A stretch of DNA of 64,000 bases from Candidatus Omnitrophota bacterium (GCA_029261055.1 JAJDCA010000014.1:143984-207983), one strand, 5' to 3'. Positions 18,617-29,635 are shown, counted from the stretch's first letter. Made by a program: numbers and translations. The notes: generated by a model from the sequence alone, not told the origin.

Positions 18617-18721
18617 TACCAAATCCATTTATTAAAGTATCCTATTTGAATGGTGCATTTCTCGTTAAAGCGTCGAGAAATACGAAATTAAAATCGGTAT
18701 TATTTAATGGAATTGGTATAG

Positions 18722-19300
18722 ATGAATACTAATCATAAAAAAGCAATGACGCTTGTTGAACTTCTTCTGGCTACAACTTTAATAGGCATTGTTATGTTAG
18801 GCGTTATTGCTGTAACTACCGCAATCAAACAATTTCAACTTTCAGGGGCAGACATGAATATTTCTGCGATGCAAATAACAGGAGCACTCAAACGTATTGC
18901 CAGAGACGCTTCTATTGCCGTCAATTATCCTAACTCACCAGGGACGATTATTGATGCGGGTAGCAATAGTGTTTCTTTTCGTCAGGACCAGGATAGTGAC
19001 CTTTTAACCCAGGCCGATGCCATTTGGGTTATTTATACGGATGGCAGTGATGGGAACCCTCAAACGATCCATAGATGCCAACAGAATGCCCCCAACTCAG
19101 ATCCTGACTTTGGCAATGAATGTTCGCCTGCGAATGCTCAATTTATTATCAACAAAGTCGTTGCCTTTACGCCAGCTTTTGATGCTACGACAGGTTTGTT
19201 TACTGTTGCTGTCACCACACGCAATGACCCGAATAAACCTTTTCATCCCACAAAGAATCCAGAGTTTCAATTAAGTACCGATATCCGATCATATTATTAG
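18722..19300 (+). CDS. Minor pseudopilin-like protein
   Basis: KKAMTLVELLLATTLIGIVMLGV: an N-terminal hydrophobic helix with Glu at +5 relative to an A|M junction. 192 aa. Confidence 0.5.
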   Translation: MNTNHKKAMTLVELLLATTLIGIVMLGVIAVTTAIKQFQLSGADMNISAMQITGALKRIARDASIAVNYPNSPGTIIDAGSNSVSFRQDQDSDLLTQADAIWVIYTDGSDGNPQTIHRCQQNAPNSDPDFGNECSPANAQFIINKVVAFTPAFDATTGLFTVAVTTRNDPNKPFHPTKNPEFQLSTDIRSYY

Positions 19301-19311
19301 AATTTTATTTT

Positions 19312-20052
19312 ATGCACCGTTTTTACTGCCCTGATTCAGATTTTTCATCTTTCCAAATTAAAATTACCCAAAAGGATGAGATTCATCATTTATGCCATGT
19401 TGTGCGGCTTACGCCAGGGGATAATGTTGTCATTTTTGATGGTATTTCTAAAGAGGCAGAGGGGGTAATATTAAACATCACACCTCTAGCTGTTGTTGTG
19501 AAGATTAATTCTATTAAGGAAATTAAAAAAGAAAGTCCATCTATTATTCTGGCTTGCGCGATACCTAAAAAAAGTAAATTTGAAGTTATTATTGAAAAGG
19601 CAACGGAGTTAGGCGTTGATGCTATTATTCCGCTTAAAACACAAAGAACAGAATTTAAGCTAAAAAAAGAGGCCGTGGCCCATAAAAAATGTCGTTATCA
19701 AACAGTAGCCATTAATGCCGCAAAGCAAGCTCAAAGAGTTTCAGTTCCGACGATCCACGATATATCTGATTTTTCTTCAGCGATTGAATATTTAACAAAG
19801 GAGACAGTCGTGTTAATGCCAAGCCTGTTAGGGAATCGCCGGAATTTTTATGAGACCATGGAGGTTATTAAATCTCCAAAAATTATTTCTATTTGCATTG
19901 GTCCTGAGGGAGATTTTACACCGGAAGAATACAAACATGCGCATCAAATGGGATGTATTCCTATCAGCCTGGGTAAAACAGTTTTAAAGGTAGAGACAGC
20001 CGCTATGTGTAGCATGGCCTGTGTTAATACCTATTGGCCAAGAGAAAGATAA
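19312..20052 (+). CDS. rsmE: 16S rRNA (uracil1498-N3)-methyltransferase, RsmE family
   Basis: 246 aa with an N-terminal PUA-like domain and a SPOUT C-terminal domain (ICIGPEGDFTPEE, LGKTVLKVETAA). Confidence 0.8.
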   Translation: MHRFYCPDSDFSSFQIKITQKDEIHHLCHVVRLTPGDNVVIFDGISKEAEGVILNITPLAVVVKINSIKEIKKESPSIILACAIPKKSKFEVIIEKATELGVDAIIPLKTQRTEFKLKKEAVAHKKCRYQTVAINAAKQAQRVSVPTIHDISDFSSAIEYLTKETVVLMPSLLGNRRNFYETMEVIKSPKIISICIGPEGDFTPEEYKHAHQMGCIPISLGKTVLKVETAAMCSMACVNTYWPRER

Positions 20053-22132
20053 TATTGTGAAACAGTTTTTAAAAACAGTAAAACTTGAAAAGATTTTTTT
20101 TCTTTTTATTTTTCTCTTGGGATGGATTATTTACTCCAATACATTTAACAGTAGCTTTCACTTTGATGATCAAATTTTTATTGTTAACAACCCGTCGATC
20201 CGAACCCTTTTTCCTTCAAAAATATTAGATATACTAGCCTTTGGTGAAAAAAATCGTTTTATTGCTTTTCGCACATTTGCTTTGAATTATCATTTTCATA
20301 AGCTTGATGTTTTTGGATATCATATGATAAATTTTATGATTCATTTAATTACATCAGTTTTGGTGTGGTGGTTCGTGAGGTTGCTATTGTCCACCTTCCG
20401 ATGTGAGAAGTTACGACCATATGCCTCTACGATTGCTATTTTTACAGCTTTGTTATTTGTTGCTCACCCTGTTCAAACAGGGGCTGTGACATATATTACA
20501 CAGAGATTTGCTTCGTTAGTGGCATTATTCTATTTGCTGTGTGTGTGTTTGTATGTGAAAGGTCGATGTTCAGAAACACGATTAATCGCATCGTTACATT
20601 TTTGTGGTGCTATCGTGGCTGGCATGTTAGCTATGTTTACAAAAGAAAATGCTTTTACATTGCCTTTTGCTATTTTGATGATTGAATTTTGTTTGTTGCG
20701 ACAAAAAATACACACAAAGAAAGTAAATATGAAATTGTGCGGGGTGTTCGTTCTGTGCGCTTTGTTGTTTGTTTTGATCCTGCAATCACTTTTTCCCTTT
20801 GATTGGTGGTATCATATTTTATTTAATTCTAAAGGGCTTTCAGAATCCCATGATAATGAAATTATTACAAATTGGACGTATTTCTTTACGCAATTTCGTG
20901 TAATAGTCGCCTATTTAAAACTTTTATTTTTTCCCATCGGGCAAAATTTTGATTATGATATTGCGGCTTCCCATAGTTTTTTTGAATGGCCTGTCTTAGG
21001 CTGTTTTTTTATTCTTTTAGGGATTATTATCTATGCTTTAAAAATATTCCAACGCTACCCTTTGGTTTCTGTTGGAATTTTTTGGTTTTTTATAACCCTT
21101 TCTCTAGAATCAAGTATTTTTCGTATTGATAATTTAATGTATGAGCACCGTCTTTATTTACCATCGGTTGGGTTTTTCTTAGCATTTTGTGTTGGATGCC
21201 ATCGCTTAATAGGTAATTATAAAATACGTATTGTTTTTTTGAGTCTAATTGTAGGTGTTTTTTCTTTACTAACCTATCAACGTAATAAGGTTTGGGAAAA
21301 TGATATGACCTTATGGCAAGATGTGGTCAAGAAATCTCCACATAAATCAAGGGCGCATATGAGCTTGGGAGAAGCCTATATGAGGCAAGGAGATGATATG
21401 CAAGCAGTGACCCACTTTAATAAAGCCATAGAACTACATCCAAATGATGATGCTTCTTACAATAATCTTGGGTTAATTGATTTGAAAAATAAACAATATG
21501 ACGAAGCTTTAAGTAATTTTAAAAAGGCTTTGTCCATTAATCCAGATTTAGTTTTCGTAAATAATAATGTGGGGGTGTGTTATTTGATGAAGGGGGATCT
21601 TGATAAGGCTGAACAAGCATTTTTGCGTGCCATTGAGGAAGAATTTGGCTATCGAAAACCATATTATTATTTAGCAAATATTTATGTTAGTCAGGGGAAA
21701 AAGCAAAAAGCCATTGAAATGTATAAAAAAGTTATCAGGAATTATCCTGATGATACGGAAAGTTTATTTGCCTTAGTTAATTTATATTTTGATGAAAAAT
21801 ATTCAACGGAAGCTCTACAAATAGGGCATTTGATTTTAAAAAATGTGAATGATGTAAGCATACTAACAAATACCGGGAGCATATTTGCACAAAATCAGCA
21901 GCATTCTATGGCGTATGAATTGTATACGAAAGCCTTAAAAAAGGATTCCGGTTACAAAAGTGTATATCTTGAATTAGGTAAATTATTAGGCAATAGAGGG
22001 CGTTTTTCCGAAGCGATATCTGTATGGGAAAAAGGGCTTAGGATTACCCCAGGAGATAAGGTTTTGCAAGATCATATTAGACAGGGAAAGGCTTTACTCG
22101 AAAATAGTCTGACAAGTCCGGTAAGTCCTTGA
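20021..22132 (+). CDS. Polytopic membrane protein with C-terminal TPR repeats (PMT/ArnT-like glycosyltransferase-fold N-domain suspected)
   Basis: GTG start overlapping the rsmE 3' end by 32 nt. About 420 aa with ten or more TM helices, then TPR repeats (AHMSLGEAYMRQGD, YNNLGLIDLKNKQYDEAL and similar). Confidence 0.55.
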   Translation: MLIPIGQEKDNIVKQFLKTVKLEKIFFLFIFLLGWIIYSNTFNSSFHFDDQIFIVNNPSIRTLFPSKILDILAFGEKNRFIAFRTFALNYHFHKLDVFGYHMINFMIHLITSVLVWWFVRLLLSTFRCEKLRPYASTIAIFTALLFVAHPVQTGAVTYITQRFASLVALFYLLCVCLYVKGRCSETRLIASLHFCGAIVAGMLAMFTKENAFTLPFAILMIEFCLLRQKIHTKKVNMKLCGVFVLCALLFVLILQSLFPFDWWYHILFNSKGLSESHDNEIITNWTYFFTQFRVIVAYLKLLFFPIGQNFDYDIAASHSFFEWPVLGCFFILLGIIIYALKIFQRYPLVSVGIFWFFITLSLESSIFRIDNLMYEHRLYLPSVGFFLAFCVGCHRLIGNYKIRIVFLSLIVGVFSLLTYQRNKVWENDMTLWQDVVKKSPHKSRAHMSLGEAYMRQGDDMQAVTHFNKAIELHPNDDASYNNLGLIDLKNKQYDEALSNFKKALSINPDLVFVNNNVGVCYLMKGDLDKAEQAFLRAIEEEFGYRKPYYYLANIYVSQGKKQKAIEMYKKVIRNYPDDTESLFALVNLYFDEKYSTEALQIGHLILKNVNDVSILTNTGSIFAQNQQHSMAYELYTKALKKDSGYKSVYLELGKLLGNRGRFSEAISVWEKGLRITPGDKVLQDHIRQGKALLENSLTSPVSP

Positions 22133-22139
22133 TAATACA

Positions 22140-22168
22140 TTGACAATGTATTCGGGCTCAGGTATAAT
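22140..22168 (+). promoter_or_regulatory. Consensus sigma70 promoter of recA with a palindrome overlapping the -35 box
   Basis: TTGACA (22140-22145), an exactly 17-nt spacer, then TATAAT (22163-22168), about 80 nt upstream of the recA ATG. The 13-bp perfect palindrome ACATTGACAATGT (22137-22149; TACATTGACAATGTA over 22136-22150 is palindromic except at the central base) overlaps the -35 box. Confidence 0.6.
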
Positions 22169-22250
22169 TTTTTTCTTTTAAAGGAACCCCACACAAAATG
22201 ATTTCCCCATGGAAAATGAATTGTATTAATAATAGTTAAGGGAGGGTGTT

Positions 22251-23279
22251 ATGGTAGAGCAAAAGAAAGCGGTTGATCTTGATCAGCGCAAAAAAGCATT
22301 AGAATTAGCTTTAACGCAAATTGAAAAGCAGTTTGGTAAAGGGGCCATTATGAAGCTTGATGGCAATGCTGCGGTGAGTATAGATGCTATTCCAACCGGG
22401 AGTATGGCTTTAGATTTGGCTTTAGGGATAGGCGGAGTTCCACGTGGACGTGTCATTGAAATTTACGGTCCGGAATCCTCAGGTAAAACAACCCTTACAT
22501 TAAGCATTATTTCACAGATTCAAAAAATGGGTGGTACCGCAGCTTTTATTGACGCTGAACATGCTTTTGATGCGATGTATGCAAAAAAGATTGGAATCAC
22601 ATTGGATGATCTTTTGATGTCACAACCGGATACCGGTGAGCAAGCGATGGAAATTGCCGAAACTTTAACTCGGTCCAATGCTGTAGACCTTATTGTCGTT
22701 GATTCTGTGGCCGCTTTAACCCCACGATCAGAAATTGAAGGAGATATGGGGGATGCCCAAATGGGGGTTCAGGCTAGATTGATGTCACAAGCCTTACGTA
22801 AATTAACCGCAGCGATTAGCAAATCGAATACTTGTATTATTTTTATTAATCAAATCCGTATGAAAATTGGCGTGATGTTTGGTTCTCCAGAAACAACAAC
22901 AGGGGGACGCGCGCTAAAGTTTTATTCATCGGTACGCATTGATTTACGGAAAATTGAAACTCTTAAAAAAGGCGATACTTTTATCGGTAATCGCGTCCGG
23001 GCAAAGGTCGTCAAAAATAAGGTTGCCGCACCATTTAGGCAAGCTGAATTTGAAATTTATTTTAATGAAGGTATTTCGCGTACGTCTGATGTTTTAGACC
23101 TCGCGGTTGAGCAGGGGATTATTCAAAGAGCTGGGTCATGGTTTTCTATGGATAATGAAAAGATTGGTCAAGGTAAAGAGAATGTTCGTAAGTTCTTAAA
23201 GGAATCTCCTAAGATTTTAAGTAAAATTGAAAAAGATATTTTAAAGAACATAAAAGAAAACGATAATGCAGGAAAATAA
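22251..23279 (+). CDS. recA: Recombinase RecA
   Basis: Highly conserved throughout: [52 protein letters not shown]. Confidence 0.97.
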   Translation: MVEQKKAVDLDQRKKALELALTQIEKQFGKGAIMKLDGNAAVSIDAIPTGSMALDLALGIGGVPRGRVIEIYGPESSGKTTLTLSIISQIQKMGGTAAFIDAEHAFDAMYAKKIGITLDDLLMSQPDTGEQAMEIAETLTRSNAVDLIVVDSVAALTPRSEIEGDMGDAQMGVQARLMSQALRKLTAAISKSNTCIIFINQIRMKIGVMFGSPETTTGGRALKFYSSVRIDLRKIETLKKGDTFIGNRVRAKVVKNKVAAPFRQAEFEIYFNEGISRTSDVLDLAVEQGIIQRAGSWFSMDNEKIGQGKENVRKFLKESPKILSKIEKDILKNIKENDNAGK

Positions 23280-23745
23280 GGAGGCTGTACTCAGTCTTCG
23301 AAAATCTAAGGCTGTCGTTTACCGTTTGTTGAAATATCGTGTACACAGTGAAAAAGAAGTATACACAAAGTTAAAACGAAAAAGCTTTTCGGATCAAACG
23401 ATTGAAGAGACGCTTAAGTACTTTAAAGAATTAGAATTAATCGATGATCGTCAATTCACGAAAGAATGGATTTCTGCACGTCTTAATAAACCTTTCGGAT
23501 TTCATCGTATCCAGCATGAGCTTAAGTTAAAAGGTATTGATGATGGTCTGCTCAAAGCCGAGCTCCATGAGGCTTTGAGCGATTATTCAGAGGTCTCCAT
23601 TGTGCAGGATTTGGCCCAACAGCGCGCAGTGATGTACAAAGGGCTTGATCCCATGAAAGCTAAGCAAAGAATATATGGTTATTTATCCCAGCGTGGGTTC
23701 AGTCCAGAGGTGGTGAAAGAAGTAGTGAGTTTAATAGAATTATGA
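23266..23745 (+). CDS. recX: RecA regulator RecX
   Basis: 159-aa helical-repeat protein immediately downstream of recA, overlapping it by 14 nt. RecX-like repeats ([14 protein letters not shown]). Confidence 0.8.
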   Translation: MQENKEAVLSLRKSKAVVYRLLKYRVHSEKEVYTKLKRKSFSDQTIEETLKYFKELELIDDRQFTKEWISARLNKPFGFHRIQHELKLKGIDDGLLKAELHEALSDYSEVSIVQDLAQQRAVMYKGLDPMKAKQRIYGYLSQRGFSPEVVKEVVSLIEL

Positions 23746-26402
23746 CTACAAACGAAATTAGACAAAAGTTTTTAGACTTTTTTGCTTCCAAAGGGCATGC
23801 CGTTGTTGTGAGTGATTCCTTGGTTCCTAAAGATGATCCTACCGTCCTGTTTACTACAGCTGGAATGCAGCAGTTTAAGCCTCAGTTTTTAGGGCATATT
23901 GATGAATACACTCGGGCGGCTACATCTCAAAAATGTTTGCGGACTGATGACTTGGATGAAGTGGGGCAAACGAACTTTCATCATACTTTTTTTGAAATGC
24001 TTGGAAATTTTTCTTTTGGGGATTACTTTAAGAAAGAGGCTATTGATTGGGCTTGGGAATTTTTGACGAAAGAATTAAAAATTCCGGCGGAAAAACTTTG
24101 GGTCTCGGTGTACAAAGAGGATGATGAAGCTGAAGCTATTTGGCTTAATGAAATTGGTATTTCAAAAGAAAAATTGGTCAAACTTGGGGATCATAGTAAT
24201 TTTTGGCCGGCTGATGCGAAAGAGAAAGGGCCTAATGGTCCTTGTGGACCATGCTCGGAAATATTCTATGATTACGGCGAAAATAAAGACTGCTCATCAA
24301 ATGTGTGTGATCCTGACTGTGGTTGTGGGCGTTTTTCCGAAGTCTGGAATTTAGTGTTTACCCAATATGAGCGGAAAGAAGGCGGTCTTTTGGAGCCTTT
24401 GCCGAATAAAAATATTGATACCGGAATGGGGTTGGAACGTCTTGTATCTGTTATTCAGGGGAAAACAAATAATTTTGAAATAGATGTTTTTGATCCAATT
24501 CTAAATGCGATTCATAAAATAAAAGAAAACGGTAAATACAAAATAAGTCTTAAAGACGAACGGATTATGGCAGATCATATCCGAGCTGTTGTCTTTGGTA
24601 TTTCCGATGGTGTCGTGCCCTCTAATGAAGGTCGGGGTTACGTGATGAAACGATTGATTGTCGATATTACAGACAAAGCTCTTCAGGCAGGGATAACGCA
24701 ACCAACCGTTTTTCGACTCGTTGATGCGGTTGTCGAGGCCATGGGGCAAGCTTATCCAGAGATTAAAGAAAAAGCGAAAGACATTGCAGGGATCATTCAG
24801 AATATTGAGGCTTCTTACATTAAGGTGCGTAAGGAAAGAATTCCGGAATTAGAAAAAAGAATTAAAGATATTTCAAGTTTACCGGAAGATCAAGCTGCAA
24901 TAATTTTAGGACAAACCATGTTTATGTATCGAGACACCTACGGTTTGACGATACCAACTATTAAGGCGGTCGTAGAATCTGTGAGCATAAATAAAGCCCT
25001 TCTTAAAAAGGCTGAAGATGAATTTCAGAAATTAATGACGGAACAGCAAAATCAATCCAGATCTGCTAGTAAAATGACAGGGGACGTTTTTGTTAATAAT
25101 ATATTAGACCTGGAGGTTCCAAAAACAGAATTTTGTGGTTATGAAAAAATGCAATGTGTCGGTAAGGTTTTAAGATTTTTTAAGAATGACAAAAGTGTGG
25201 ATGAGGTCAATGAAGGAGATCACGTCAAAGTTATTTTGGACAAGACACCATTTTACGCAGAATCCGGTGGGCAGGTTGGTGATACGGGCGAATTGGTTGC
25301 CGGGGAGAACCGTATACAGATTTCAGATACACAAAAAATAAATGATGTTTTTGTCCACGAGGCTATTGTTGAAAAAGGTGTGTTTAAAATAGGGCGTGAA
25401 GTTACCGCTTCTGTTGATGAGGCCCGTCGGTTATCCATTATGCGTAACCACACAGCGACGCATCTTCTTCAGGAAGCTCTTAGAAATGTTTTAGGAAGCC
25501 ATATTCAGCAGCAGGGTTCGTTAGTGGCCGAGGATCGTTTACGTTTTGATTTTACACACCATAAGCAAATAACAAATGATCAGCTTGTAAAAATTGAACA
25601 ATATGTGAATCAATTAATTTTAGCCTGCGATACTGTAGGCATTGAAAATTTACCCATAAAAGAAGCAAAAAAGAGTGGCGCATTAGCCTTCTTTGCAGAA
25701 AAATATGGCAATGTTGTTCGTGTTGTTTCCGTTGGGGGTTATTCCAAAGAATTTTGTGGGGGAACCCATCTGAAGTCGACAGGGCAATTAGGGCTTTTTA
25801 AAATAACAACTGAAGGCGCTGTGGCTCAAGGAATTCGACGTTTAGAGGCAAAGACAGGTGTGTTTGCGTTAGAGCTTTTTACTGAACAAGAACGTCAACT
25901 GATGGAAGCTGCCAGAGTATTAAAATCGCCGGTGACTGAAGTTGTGGAGCGCATTCATGCACAGACAAAGAAAATGAAACAGTTAGAAACGGAAGTAGAA
26001 AATATTCGTTTTGAAGTTATCAAGGATTCTCTAGACACGATCGTTACGGATGCAGAGGAGCTAAACGGGATTAAAATTGTCAGTCATGTTTTTTATGATA
26101 TTGAGATGGGCCTTTTACGACGGGTTTCAGATATCATACGAAAAAAGGTTGAATCGTCTGTCATTATTTTAGGTGCGCGTTCCAAAGAAAATGCCGCTAT
26201 ATTAGTTTCTGTATCGAAGGATATGATTCAAAAAGGGATTCAGGCCAATGAATTGATTAATGATGTTGCGCCATTGATCAATGGTAGCGGAGGTGGCCGA
26301 CCACAATTAGCTCAAGCAGGAAGTCGGGAAGTTCAAAAGGTGAGCGATGCCGTGGAAGAATCAAAACGTATTATTAAAGAAAAAATCGAAACTGTTAAAT
26401 AA
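23742..26402 (+). CDS. alaS: Alanine--tRNA ligase
   Basis: 886 aa with FTTAGMQQFKP, an editing-domain HxxxH motif (TATHLLQ) and a C-terminal DHHA1 domain (GGGRPQLAQAG). Confidence 0.97.
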   Translation: MTTNEIRQKFLDFFASKGHAVVVSDSLVPKDDPTVLFTTAGMQQFKPQFLGHIDEYTRAATSQKCLRTDDLDEVGQTNFHHTFFEMLGNFSFGDYFKKEAIDWAWEFLTKELKIPAEKLWVSVYKEDDEAEAIWLNEIGISKEKLVKLGDHSNFWPADAKEKGPNGPCGPCSEIFYDYGENKDCSSNVCDPDCGCGRFSEVWNLVFTQYERKEGGLLEPLPNKNIDTGMGLERLVSVIQGKTNNFEIDVFDPILNAIHKIKENGKYKISLKDERIMADHIRAVVFGISDGVVPSNEGRGYVMKRLIVDITDKALQAGITQPTVFRLVDAVVEAMGQAYPEIKEKAKDIAGIIQNIEASYIKVRKERIPELEKRIKDISSLPEDQAAIILGQTMFMYRDTYGLTIPTIKAVVESVSINKALLKKAEDEFQKLMTEQQNQSRSASKMTGDVFVNNILDLEVPKTEFCGYEKMQCVGKVLRFFKNDKSVDEVNEGDHVKVILDKTPFYAESGGQVGDTGELVAGENRIQISDTQKINDVFVHEAIVEKGVFKIGREVTASVDEARRLSIMRNHTATHLLQEALRNVLGSHIQQQGSLVAEDRLRFDFTHHKQITNDQLVKIEQYVNQLILACDTVGIENLPIKEAKKSGALAFFAEKYGNVVRVVSVGGYSKEFCGGTHLKSTGQLGLFKITTEGAVAQGIRRLEAKTGVFALELFTEQERQLMEAARVLKSPVTEVVERIHAQTKKMKQLETEVENIRFEVIKDSLDTIVTDAEELNGIKIVSHVFYDIEMGLLRRVSDIIRKKVESSVIILGARSKENAAILVSVSKDMIQKGIQANELINDVAPLINGSGGGRPQLAQAGSREVQKVSDAVEESKRIIKEKIETVK

Positions 26403-26418
26403 AAACTTAATATCACTT

Positions 26419-27642
26419 ATGAAAATTCTTACTCAAACAGGCCCAGGTATTCAGAAATTATACAATCGAAATTTATTTGCCCATAAGAAACATGTTGATG
26501 AGAGGGTTCGTAAGATTGTCGAAGATGTCCGTCTTCATGGTGATGAAGCTGTCATTAAATATACAAAAAAATTTGATAATGTAAAACTCACAGCCAAAGA
26601 ATTAAAAGTTCCTGAGAATGAAATCAGCGGAGCGTTCCAAAATATCACGAGTGATTTTATTGCAGATTTAAAGATGATTATTCAAAATGTGACTTTGTTT
26701 TATAAAAAGCAAAAACAAAAACCGTGTCGCCTTCGCCAAGATGATGGCATTATTTTGAAGGAAAATATTTTACCCCTAGAAACAGTAGGCATTTATATTC
26801 CAGCAGGAAGCGCTCCTTTAATATCCACGGTCTATATGACGGTCGTTCCCGCTAAGGTGGCGGGTGTCAAACGGATTGTTATTGTGACGCCGCCGGATAA
26901 AAATGGACGCATTAATCCATACATTTTAGCGGTAGCAAATTTGTTAAAAGTTAATGAAATTTATAAAGTCGGAGGGGCTCAGGCTATTGCAGCATTAGGA
27001 TTTGGAACCAAACATATTCCAAAAGTAGATAAAATTGTTGGTCCCGGGAATATGTATGTTACAGAGGCCAAGCGGCAACTTTTTGGTTTTGTCGATATTG
27101 ATATGTTAGCTGGCCCATCGGAATTGGCTATTATTGCCAATCGATACAGCAATCCAAATTATATTGTGGCTGATCTTGAGGCCCAAATTGAGCATTTGGG
27201 TGGATTAGCTGTTTTGGTAACGACCTCTAAGAAGATTATTCGACAGATACGTAAAAAGGTACCTAATGCGTATTTGATTTATGCGAAAAATATTGATGAG
27301 GCGATTAGTGTCGTGAATAAAATTGCACCGGAACATTTACAAATTTTGACGAACAATCCATCGGCTGTAGCGAATAAAATTCGTCATGCCGGGGCTATTT
27401 TCTTGGGGCCATACAGTCCGACAGCCTTAGGTGATTATGCCGCTGGGCCAAGTCATGTGTTGCCAACTATGGGAAGTGCTCGATTTTTTTCCGGGCTTTG
27501 TTTGTCTGACTTTATGAAAAAAAGTCATATTATCAGTTATTCAAAACGCGCTCTTGAGAAAGTGAGAGGCCCGATTGAAAAGATAGCCGCTCTTGAAGGG
27601 CTTAAGAAACATTATGAATCGGTAAATATACGATTTAAATAG
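26419..27642 (+). CDS. hisD: Histidinol dehydrogenase
   Basis: Matches the HisD family (IPAGSAPLISTVYMTVVPAKVAGV, GPGNMYVTEAKRQLFG, DLEAQIEH). ATG at 26419 preferred over the ORF-track start at 26347, which overlaps alaS by 56 nt. Confidence 0.9.
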   Translation: MKILTQTGPGIQKLYNRNLFAHKKHVDERVRKIVEDVRLHGDEAVIKYTKKFDNVKLTAKELKVPENEISGAFQNITSDFIADLKMIIQNVTLFYKKQKQKPCRLRQDDGIILKENILPLETVGIYIPAGSAPLISTVYMTVVPAKVAGVKRIVIVTPPDKNGRINPYILAVANLLKVNEIYKVGGAQAIAALGFGTKHIPKVDKIVGPGNMYVTEAKRQLFGFVDIDMLAGPSELAIIANRYSNPNYIVADLEAQIEHLGGLAVLVTTSKKIIRQIRKKVPNAYLIYAKNIDEAISVVNKIAPEHLQILTNNPSAVANKIRHAGAIFLGPYSPTALGDYAAGPSHVLPTMGSARFFSGLCLSDFMKKSHIISYSKRALEKVRGPIEKIAALEGLKKHYESVNIRFK

Positions 27643-27686
27643 TAACATGCCTTGAAGGTGTGTTTACCAGTTAAGGGGAGAGGAAA

Positions 27687-28307
27687 ATGAGTCAACGTAA
27701 AGGTACATTAGAACGTAAAAGTAAAGAAACTGAAATTAAGGCAGAGCTTAATGTTGACGGGACAGGTCAAACCAAAATTAAGACTAACATCGGGATCTTA
27801 GATCATATGCTGGAACTTTTTAGTTTTCATGGGCATTTTGATTTAAATTTAGATGTGCAAAAGGCAGATTTGGAAATTGATATTCATCATACGAATGAAG
27901 ATATTGGAATCGTTCTTGGAAAAGTATTTAAGAAGGCCTTAGATGAAAAAGAGGGGATTCGACGGTTTGGAACTGCTTTTTCTCCTATGGAAAATACGCT
28001 GGGACGATCTGTTGTGGATATTAGTGGGCGAGGATATTTAACGCTTCAAATTGGTGTTCCTGGTGAAGATGTTCCTACGATTAAAGATCAGGAAGACTAT
28101 TCAATGAATTATTTAGAGCATTTTCTGGAATCTTTTGCGCATGGTTTGGGTGCGACTATTAATGTTCAAATTAGCCAGCCTAATGAAGATCTGCATACAA
28201 ATATTGAGACTGTTTTTAAATCTCTTGGATTAGCTATGGACCAAGCGACACAAATTGATACCCGTCGAGAAGGGGTTGTCCCATCGACAAAGGGGATTAT
28301 TGATTAG
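27687..28307 (+). CDS. hisB: Imidazoleglycerol-phosphate dehydratase
   Basis: 206-aa IGPD with the HHxxE metal motifs (IDIHHTNEDIGI, LEHFLESFAH). Confidence 0.9.
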   Translation: MSQRKGTLERKSKETEIKAELNVDGTGQTKIKTNIGILDHMLELFSFHGHFDLNLDVQKADLEIDIHHTNEDIGIVLGKVFKKALDEKEGIRRFGTAFSPMENTLGRSVVDISGRGYLTLQIGVPGEDVPTIKDQEDYSMNYLEHFLESFAHGLGATINVQISQPNEDLHTNIETVFKSLGLAMDQATQIDTRREGVVPSTKGIID

Positions 28308-28907
28308 ATGATTGCTATCATTGATTACGGCATGGGCAATCTCCGCAGTGTGCAAAAGGCTTTGGAAAAAGTCGGGGCACAAACGCTGATTACAGAAAAA
28401 GTTGAGGATATTCAAAGAGCAGATAAAGTTGTCTTGCCCGGCGTTGGGGCTATGCAACCGGCCATGGCCAAACTTGAATCTCTTGGACTCATTGAGCCAA
28501 TAAAACAATCTATTTCAGACGGAACACCTTTCTTGGGTATTTGTTTAGGTTTTCAACTTCTTTTTGAGACGAGTGACGAAGGCGGCAATGTGCAAGGCTT
28601 AGGGATATTAAAAGGCAGTATTAAACGATTTACTGCTCTAAAAGTGCCGCACATGGGATGGAACCAGTTGGATATTCAGGAAAAAGATTGTCCTCTTTTA
28701 TCTGGAATTGATAATTTAGCCAATGTTTATTTTTGTCATTCTTATTTTGTTAATTCAGATAATGAAGATATCATTTTAACTTTAACTGACTATGGAATTA
28801 AGTTTGCTTCGGCTGTTCATAAAGATAATATTTTTGCCGTGCAGTTCCATCCAGAGAAAAGTCAAGAAATCGGTTTAAAAATATTAAGGAATTTTACTCA
28901 AATATGA
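28308..28907 (+). CDS. hisH: Imidazole glycerol phosphate synthase, glutaminase subunit
   Basis: Class I glutamine amidotransferase (GICLGFQLL catalytic Cys; HPEKS). Confidence 0.9.
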   Translation: MIAIIDYGMGNLRSVQKALEKVGAQTLITEKVEDIQRADKVVLPGVGAMQPAMAKLESLGLIEPIKQSISDGTPFLGICLGFQLLFETSDEGGNVQGLGILKGSIKRFTALKVPHMGWNQLDIQEKDCPLLSGIDNLANVYFCHSYFVNSDNEDIILTLTDYGIKFASAVHKDNIFAVQFHPEKSQEIGLKILRNFTQI

Positions 28908-29635
28908 TAATTTTTCCCGCTATAGATATTAAAGAAGGTAAAGTGGTCCGTTTGCTACAGGGCAAATTTGATGAAGTTACCCAATACGGTGAAGATCCTG
29001 TTGACATGGCCAGGCATTGGGAATCCAAAGGCGCACAATGGTTACATCTCGTTGACCTTGATGGGGCTCAAACTGGTGAAATTAGAAATTTAGATGTAAT
29101 CGTCAATATTGCTAAAACTGTGAATATTCCGGTTCAAATGGGGGGAGGCATCCGTACAAAAGAAGATATTGAAAAGTTAATCAATGGGGGTGTTTCCCGT
29201 GTTATTTTAGGAACAAAAATTGTAGAAGATCGAAACTTTTTGAAAGAAATTTTGGATATTTGGAAGGAAAAAATAGCCGTCAGTTTGGATTGCCATAATG
29301 GTATGGTTGCTCAAAGAGGTTGGACATCCACATCAAATTTGAAGGCCACAGAATTTGCTAAAGAGCTTCAGGGGCTTGGATTGACATGCTTAATTTATAC
29401 AGACATTGCGCGCGATGGCATGCTGTCCGGTCCGAATTTTGAAAGTTTGAAAGAGTTATTAGAAACAGTCCAAATTCCTATTATTGCATCCGGTGGAGTT
29501 GCTAATTTAGAGGATATTAAGAAATTATCATCTTTAGAATCCGATGGTCTCATTGGTGCGATTACAGGTAAGGCTATTTATGAAGGGAAGTTAGATTTGG
29601 AAGAAGCCCTTCAACTACTGAACAATGCTAACTAA
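28904..29635 (+). CDS. hisA: ProFAR isomerase
   Basis: [35 protein letters not shown]. Confidence 0.9.
   Translation: MIIFPAIDIKEGKVVRLLQGKFDEVTQYGEDPVDMARHWESKGAQWLHLVDLDGAQTGEIRNLDVIVNIAKTVNIPVQMGGGIRTKEDIEKLINGGVSRVILGTKIVEDRNFLKEILDIWKEKIAVSLDCHNGMVAQRGWTSTSNLKATEFAKELQGLGLTCLIYTDIARDGMLSGPNFESLKELLETVQIPIIASGGVANLEDIKKLSSLESDGLIGAITGKAIYEGKLDLEEALQLLNNAN

Noticed and set aside
26347-26418. Upstream extension of hisD proposed by the ORF track (start 26347)
   Set aside because: It would overlap alaS by 56 nt. The in-frame ATG at 26419 just after the alaS stop gives a normal-length HisD.
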